The notes beneath the pieces were generated by a model. That model was given only the letters and a program-made list of their open reading frames with translations, was not told the DNA's origin and did not search any database. This document shows positions 27,013-32,000 of a stretch of DNA of 32,000 nt, one piece after another. The stretch comes from Candidatus Electrothrix yaqonensis. GTDB lineage: Bacteria > Desulfobacterota > Desulfobulbia > Desulfobulbales > Desulfobulbaceae. Location of the stretch: NCBI GenBank assembly GCA_047651235.1, contig CP178758.1:1950001-1982000 (forward strand), read 5' to 3'. The first letter of the stretch is position 1; every line of letters begins with the position of its first letter. A program made the translations under genes and the position numbers.

Positions 27013-27411
27013 CTACCAGACTTCACAGAGCAGCTCACCGCCGATATTCCGTCTTCTGGCCTCACGATCCGTCATAACACCCTGAGATGTTGTCAGAATA
27101 CCGATACCGATACCGCTCATCACGTTGGGAACAGTCCGGCTCTTTTTATACTGGCGTAACCCCGGCTTGGAAACCCGGCGGATACCTGTAATCACTTTCT
27201 CGTTATTCGGGCCGTATTTGAGGTCAACCTGCAGGGTTCCCTGCACACCGCAGTCGATGACCCGGTAATCTGAAATATAGCCTTCATCTTTCAGCACCTT
27301 GGCGACATTAACCTTGATGTTCGACAACGGAATATCCACTGAAGTAAAATGGGCCTGTACCCCGTTCCGTATCCTGGTCAGAAAATCCGCCAACGGATCA
27401 CTCATTGACAT
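27013..27411 (-). CDS. rpsH: 30S ribosomal protein S8
   Basis: MSMSDPLADFLTRIRNG..., 132 aa. Confidence 0.97.
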   Translation of the reverse strand: MSMSDPLADFLTRIRNGVQAHFTSVDIPLSNIKVNVAKVLKDEGYISDYRVIDCGVQGTLQVDLKYGPNNEKVITGIRRVSKPGLRQYKKSRTVPNVMSGIGIGILTTSQGVMTDREARRRNIGGELLCEVW

Positions 27412-27465
27412 TTCTATAGTACCTCTGTTGAATAGAATCGTTTGTGCCGCTCCGATCCGAAAAAA

Positions 27466-27651
27466 TTACCAGCTTGATTTGGTCACGCCTGTAATCTTCC
27501 CTTCAGATGCAAGTTTGCGGAAGCAAAGCCTGCAGCAGCCGAATTTTCTCAAATATGCCCTAGGCCTTCCGCACATCTGACATCGGTTGTATGAACGAAC
27601 CTTGAATTTCTGTTTACGCCCTGCTTTGGCAATCAATGATTTTTTTGCCAT
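27466..27651 (-). CDS. rpsN: 30S ribosomal protein S14, type Z (zinc-binding)
   Basis: 61 aa with [20 protein letters not shown]. Confidence 0.96.
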   Translation of the reverse strand: MAKKSLIAKAGRKQKFKVRSYNRCQMCGRPRAYLRKFGCCRLCFRKLASEGKITGVTKSSW

Positions 27652-27677
27652 TGAAAACTCCTGCTGTAATCCCGGTT

Positions 27678-28238
27678 TTATTGGTCAATGCTGGATTTAT
27701 GTTGTTTGAACGGCATACCGAGCAGCTTCAGCAAGGTACGGCTCTCGTCATCTGTTTTGGCATTGGTGACAATGGTGACATTCAGCCCCCGTATTTTGTC
27801 GATCTTGTCATAGTCAACTTCGGGAAAGATGATATGCTCTTTAATGCCCATGGAAAAATTCCCGTTGCCGTCAAATCCCTTCGGAGAAATCCCCCGAAAA
27901 TCACGGACACGGGGCAGTGCAATATTGATCAGCTTGGACAGGAAATCGTACATCCTGTCTCTGCGCAGAGTCACCCGCGCACCGATAGGCATTCCCTCCC
28001 GCAGCTTAAAGGTGGCGATAGATTTTCTCGCTCTTGTAACAACCGCTCTCTGCCCGGCAATAATGGTCAGTTCATTTGCCGCCTTTTCAACGATTTTGGG
28101 ATTCTGTACTGCTTCTCCGAGTCCCATATTGAGAACAACCTTCTCAACCTTGGGTATTTCGAGCTTATTGGTATATCCGTACTTTTCCTGGAGCTGTGGT
28201 TTACACCCGCTCTCATACAGTTCTTTCATTGTCCCCAT
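27678..28238 (-). CDS. rplE: 50S ribosomal protein L5
   Basis: 186 aa, ...[10 protein letters not shown]...[13 protein letters not shown]... Confidence 0.97.
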   Translation of the reverse strand: MGTMKELYESGCKPQLQEKYGYTNKLEIPKVEKVVLNMGLGEAVQNPKIVEKAANELTIIAGQRAVVTRARKSIATFKLREGMPIGARVTLRRDRMYDFLSKLINIALPRVRDFRGISPKGFDGNGNFSMGIKEHIIFPEVDYDKIDKIRGLNVTIVTNAKTDDESRTLLKLLGMPFKQHKSSIDQ

Positions 28239-28275
28239 TTTTTATCACTCCGTTCCGTAACCGGCAGCACATTCC

Positions 28276-28614
28276 CTATTTCTTGGATTTCTCCAGAGTC
28301 GCACCACAGCGTTTGCAGGCCCGCACCTTGACACCGTCCTCAAGAATCTTCTTCCCTGTACGCACGGTTTCCGTACATTCCGGGCAGACAAGCATCAGAT
28401 TGGAAATGTGAATGGGGGCCTCACGTTCAATTATTTCTCCGGGGTGCTGCGCATCGACAGGCTTTCTGTGTTTTTTGATCATATTTATGCGTTCAACCAC
28501 TGCACGGCTGCTCGCTCTGTCAATCCTGAGAATCTTCCCGACCCGACCTTTATCTTTACCGGCAATTACTTCAACCTGGTCGTTTTTCTGTAAACTTGTC
28601 TGTCCCTGCCGCAT
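28276..28614 (-). CDS. rplX: 50S ribosomal protein L24 (with four Cys in the C-terminal hairpin)
   Basis: 112 aa. [19 protein letters not shown] (KOW motif), and a C-terminal CPEC...CKRC. Confidence 0.96.
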   Translation of the reverse strand: MRQGQTSLQKNDQVEVIAGKDKGRVGKILRIDRASSRAVVERINMIKKHRKPVDAQHPGEIIEREAPIHISNLMLVCPECTETVRTGKKILEDGVKVRACKRCGATLEKSKK

Positions 28615-28659
28615 GTTCGCTTCCTCGTTTCCTCACCTGCCGTCAGTATTCTGCAGTAT

Positions 28660-28673
28660 CTGTATCCTGTATC
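28660..28673 (-). repeat. Perfect 7-bp tandem duplication CTGTATC x2 in the rplN-rplX spacer (third GTATC at 28656)
   Basis: Read directly. An additional 7/8 imperfect 8-bp tandem GCTTCCTC/GTTTCCTC at 28619-28634 duplicates the rplX SD complement. Confidence 0.95.
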
Positions 28674-28708
28674 TCCGCATTACGCCGAACTGAATATTTA
28701 CAGAATAA

Positions 28709-29077
28709 TCACAGTACTTCCGGTGCAAGAGATATAATCTTCATAAAACCGAGTGACCGTAACTCACGGGCAACCGGGCCGAAAATCCGTGTACCTATAG
28801 GATCGCCGCTTCCGGAAAGAAGGACCGCCGCATTATCATCAAAACGGACCGTCGTATCCTCAGGCCGGCGGATCTCCTTGGAGGTCCGTACAACGACCGC
28901 ATCAAGCACATCGCCCTTTTTAACCTTGGCATGCGGTATGGCTTCCTTGACTGTTACGACAATGACGTCGCCGATACTCGCATACCGACGCCGGCTGCCG
29001 CCCAGCACCCGAATACAGAGAACCTTCTTGGCGCCGGAATTATCTGCAACATTCAGCAGTGTTTCTGTCTGAATCAT
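28709..29077 (-). CDS. rplN: 50S ribosomal protein L14
   Basis: [27 protein letters not shown]... Confidence 0.98.
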   Translation of the reverse strand: MIQTETLLNVADNSGAKKVLCIRVLGGSRRRYASIGDVIVVTVKEAIPHAKVKKGDVLDAVVVRTSKEIRRPEDTTVRFDDNAAVLLSGSGDPIGTRIFGPVARELRSLGFMKIISLAPEVL

Positions 29078-29102
29078 GGTATCCCCTGATCAAATCGTTC
29101 TA

Positions 29103-29363
29103 TCAAACGGCTCTCTGAACTATCGCCTTGACAAACCATCGTTTATGCTTTGAGAGCGGACGACATTCCTGGATAAGTACAGTATCCCCGACCCTGCACT
29201 CATTCATGGCATCATGAGCCATATATTTCACGCTACGGCGCATATATTTTCCGTACAGCTTATGCCGGACCTTCCGCTCAACCAGAACGACCACGGTCTT
29301 GTCCATGCTGTTACTTTTTACATAACCTAACTGTGTTTTTTTAGGCCGGTGCTCTTCAGTCAT
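29103..29363 (-). CDS. rpsQ: 30S ribosomal protein S17
   Basis: 86 aa, ...[28 protein letters not shown]... Confidence 0.97.
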   Translation of the reverse strand: MTEEHRPKKTQLGYVKSNSMDKTVVVLVERKVRHKLYGKYMRRSVKYMAHDAMNECRVGDTVLIQECRPLSKHKRWFVKAIVQRAV

Positions 29364-29404
29364 TCTTATGATCCAATGCTGTAGTAGTTATTCTGCCGGG
29401 CTGC

Positions 29405-29596
29405 TCAGGCCTGTGCCTGTTCAGTCAGAACTGTCTGCACTCTCGCAATATCCTTTCGTACCTGCCGTAACCGGGCAGGGTTTTCAATCGGCCGGATTCC
29501 ATGCTGAAATTTGAGTTTAAAGAGATCCTCACGCAGTTCCGTCTCTTTCTTTCTCAACTCCTCACCGCTCAACGCCCGCAACTCACTCGCCTTCAT
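29405..29596 (-). CDS. rpmC: 50S ribosomal protein L29
   Basis: [31 protein letters not shown]... Confidence 0.97.
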   Translation of the reverse strand: MKASELRALSGEELRKKETELREDLFKLKFQHGIRPIENPARLRQVRKDIARVQTVLTEQAQA

Positions 29597-30009
29597 ATGC
29601 TGTCGCTCCTTGAGATGACCTTTGTCGGAAAAGGCAGCTTGTACCCGGCAAGCCTGAGCGCTTCCTTGGCGACATCTTCAGGCACCCCTTTGATCTCATA
29701 CAGAATCCTGCCCGGATGAATAACTGAAACCCAGTATTCCGGAGATCCCTTCCCCTTTCCCATCCGTGTCTCAGCCGGTTTCTTGGTGATGGATTTCGCG
29801 GGAAAGACTCTGATCCACAACTTTCCGCCACGTTTCACCTTTCTGTTGATTGCGATACGTGCGGACTCGATCTGCTGTGCTGTCATGCGACCGCATCCCA
29901 CAGCCTTTAACGCATAATCTCCGAATGCAATCTGGGAGCCCCTCTGAGCTGCCCCGCGCATTCTTCCCTTATGCTGCTTTCTATGCTTTACCTTGCGTGG
30001 ACTTAACAT
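29593..30009 (-). CDS. rplP: 50S ribosomal protein L16
   Basis: [19 protein letters not shown]..., 138 aa. Overlaps rpmC by 4 nt. Confidence 0.98.
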   Translation of the reverse strand: MLSPRKVKHRKQHKGRMRGAAQRGSQIAFGDYALKAVGCGRMTAQQIESARIAINRKVKRGGKLWIRVFPAKSITKKPAETRMGKGKGSPEYWVSVIHPGRILYEIKGVPEDVAKEALRLAGYKLPFPTKVISRSDSI

Positions 30010-30026
30010 TGCTCTAACACCTGTTT

Positions 30027-30044
30027 GATATCATCGATATCATC
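30027..30044 (-). repeat. Perfect 9-bp tandem duplication GATATCATC x2 in the rpsC-rplP spacer
   Basis: Read directly at 30027-30035 and 30036-30044. Confidence 0.95.
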
Positions 30045-30053
30045 CCGGACAGC

Positions 30054-30704
30054 TTACTGCTCCTGAGACACTTCACCTTCTGCCAACACTTCGCCTTTGA
30101 AGATCCACACCTTGACACCGATGATTCCGTATGTTGTACTGGCTTCCGCCGTACCGTAATCAATATCCGCCCGAAGTGTGTGCAGGGGCACCCGGCCTTC
30201 CTTGAACCACTCGGTTCTGGACATTTCCGCCCCGCCGAGCCGCCCGGCGCATGAAATCTTAATCCCCTGAACCCCGAAACGGAGTGCGGTACTGATAGAT
30301 TTTTTCATCGCCCTTCTGAATGCAATACGGCGTTCCAGCTGGGTGGCGATGTTCTCCGCAACAAGTTGGGCATCTGCTTCAGGACGACGGACCTCCTGTA
30401 TGTCAATCATACATTCACGTCCGAATTGCCGCTCAAGATCCCGCTTCAGATTCTCTATTTCAGCACCTTTCTTGCCGATCACAATTCCCGGACGTGCCGT
30501 ATGCAGTCTGATCCGTACCTTCTCACCGGTCCGCTCAATCACAATACGGGCAATACCGGCATGATACAGCTTTTTCTTCAAATACCTGCGGATCTGCTGA
30601 TCCTGATACAGATTGGCGGCGTAATCCTTGTCAGCATACCAGACAGAATCCCACGTTCTGGTAATGTTGAGCCGCAGTCCTATGGGATTAACTTTCTGTC
30701 CCAA
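30054..30704 (-). CDS. rpsC: 30S ribosomal protein S3
   Basis: [20 protein letters not shown]..., 216 aa. Confidence 0.98.
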   Translation of the reverse strand: MGQKVNPIGLRLNITRTWDSVWYADKDYAANLYQDQQIRRYLKKKLYHAGIARIVIERTGEKVRIRLHTARPGIVIGKKGAEIENLKRDLERQFGRECMIDIQEVRRPEADAQLVAENIATQLERRIAFRRAMKKSISTALRFGVQGIKISCAGRLGGAEMSRTEWFKEGRVPLHTLRADIDYGTAEASTTYGIIGVKVWIFKGEVLAEGEVSQEQ

Positions 30705-30759
30705 CGTATCCTCCGTTTCCCTATGCAGTTGATCTCAATGACTGTAGAACGGGCCCTAC

Positions 30760-31092
30760 TCAGGCCTCATCAACAACCACGGTAATGTGGCTGGTCCGTT
30801 TCAATATCCTGGTGGCCCTTCCCATTGCACGGGGTCGAAACCTTTTCAGCATCGGCCCGCCATCGACCTGTATCATCTTCACATACAGGGTATCCACATC
30901 AATGGTCTCAGTCTGTTCCGCATTGGCAACAGCTGACTCCAGCACCTTGCGCAGAATTCTTGCCGCCTTTTTGGGCATAAACCTGAGGATCGTGATGGCG
31001 GATTCAACATCTTTCCCCCGCACCACATCGGCAACCAGCCGCGTTTTCTGCGGGGATATCCGAATATATTTCGCAACGGCTCTCGCTTCCAT
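30760..31092 (-). CDS. rplV: 50S ribosomal protein L22
   Basis: [27 protein letters not shown]..., 110 aa. Confidence 0.97.
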   Translation of the reverse strand: MEARAVAKYIRISPQKTRLVADVVRGKDVESAITILRFMPKKAARILRKVLESAVANAEQTETIDVDTLYVKMIQVDGGPMLKRFRPRAMGRATRILKRTSHITVVVDEA

Positions 31093-31163
31093 CGTTATTA
31101 CTCCTGATCGTCGTCTGATTTCAAGCTGATAACTGCAGAAATAGCAGGGACAGAAAAAACGCT

Positions 31164-31439
31164 TTACTTCCGTCCTTTCCTGTCAGCAGCGTGTCCATAG
31201 TAAGTTCTGGTCGGAGAAAACTCTCCCAGTTTATGCCCCACCATATTTTCAGAGACATATACAGGGATAAACTTTCTGCCGTTATGTACGGCAAAGGTCA
31301 GTCCCACCATATCAGGAATAACATCCGAACGTCTGGACCATGTTTTAATAACTTTCCGCGATCCTGTTTCCTGTGCCTTTTCTACCTTTTTCAGCAGATG
31401 CTCATCAATAAAAGGCCCTTTTTTCACTGAACGTGGCAT
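31164..31439 (-). CDS. rpsS: 30S ribosomal protein S19
   Basis: [19 protein letters not shown]..., 91 aa. Confidence 0.98.
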   Translation of the reverse strand: MPRSVKKGPFIDEHLLKKVEKAQETGSRKVIKTWSRRSDVIPDMVGLTFAVHNGRKFIPVYVSENMVGHKLGEFSPTRTYYGHAADRKGRK

Positions 31440-31456
31440 TTCGATATTCTCCTGAT

Positions 31457-32000
31457 TTATTTACGCCTGGTCACAATATCACGATCAGAACCTTTACGCT
31501 TCCGAGTCTTGTACCCTTTGGTCGGCACACCCCAGGGAGTACATGGATGCCTGCCGCCTGAACTCTTGCCTTCACCGCCGCCCATGGGATGATCAATGGG
31601 GTTCATGGCCACACCGCGGACCGAAGGTCTCCGGCCTTTCCATCTGGACCGACCGGCCTTGCCGAGCTTCTGGCTTCCATGCTCGGAATTTCCTACTGAA
31701 CCGATACATGCACGGCACTGATTGTTAAACTTACGCACCTCACCGGAAGGCAGCTTGACCAAGACATAATTTCCTTCCTTGGCCATCAGCTGGGCAGAAG
31801 CCCCGGCTGAACGGACCAGCTGCGCGCCCTTGCCGATCTTCATCTCCACATTATGGATAACCGTACCGAGCGGGATGCTGCTCATGGGCAGGCAGTTGCC
31901 GGGTTGTATATCCGCATTGTCCCCGGCCATCAGCTGATCCCCGACGCTGATTCCGGCAGGTGCCAGTATGTACGACTTTTCACCGTCGGTGTAGAACAGA
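31457..32000 (-). CDS. rplB: 50S ribosomal protein L2; N-terminus lies beyond the window edge
   Basis: C-terminal part ...[42 protein letters not shown]... The reading frame stays open to position 32000. Confidence 0.96.
   Translation of the reverse strand, partial: LFYTDGEKSYILAPAGISVGDQLMAGDNADIQPGNCLPMSSIPLGTVIHNVEMKIGKGAQLVRSAGASAQLMAKEGNYVLVKLPSGEVRKFNNQCRACIGSVGNSEHGSQKLGKAGRSRWKGRRPSVRGVAMNPIDHPMGGGEGKSSGGRHPCTPWGVPTKGYKTRKRKGSDRDIVTRRK

Noticed and set aside
31093-31163. CTGAT repeated three times at 11-nt spacing in the rpsS-rplV spacer.
   Set aside because: The 5-mer is too short for this periodicity to be distinguished from chance.

Overview
Gene-dense bacterial chromosomal window with about 45 protein genes, 42 of them on the minus strand. 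I saw no rRNA, tRNA, CRISPR array, transposase or integrase.

Layout:
- 1-4.7 kb: a DUF1499 lipoprotein (open at the window edge), tpx, an orphan Cache-type histidine kinase, comF, and a eukaryote-like NADP-dependent icd.
- 4.7-12.6 kb: an accessory block of conflict-type genes. It holds a TM/coiled-coil/TPR protein (frameshifted), xisI plus a decayed xisH, a lone ParC-like topoisomerase A subunit, a Phd/YefM-VapC module (toxin frameshifted), and an LRR-Roc-COR (Roco) GTPase preceded by a palindrome and a 23-bp periodic repeat array.
- 12.6-14.7 kb: uvrB.
- 14.7-17.3 kb: a visibly AT-richer islet with hxlR, a DsbA-like protein, a 4-TM protein and a class III fic. The last three are the only plus-strand genes.
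- 17.3-18.9 kb: a multi-pass membrane protein and a YkgJ-type Cys-cluster protein.
- 18.9-32.0 kb: the 3' part of the S10 operon plus the spc and alpha ribosomal-protein operons (rplB through rplQ, with secY, map, infA, rpoA and no adk).

Most notable observations:
1. Perfect short tandem duplications of 5-9 bp recur. Two of them break accessory genes (vapC and the TPR gene). Several others sit in unusually long spacers of the r-protein operons.
2. The Roco gene has an iteron-like upstream region.
3. fic is bracketed by imperfect direct repeats.

I did not find a clearly novel multi-gene system that I can support. The accessory block is the best candidate region. All family calls come from motif reading of the translations, not from database searches. 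A Desulfobacterota-like or filamentous lineage is only a weak guess from gene content.
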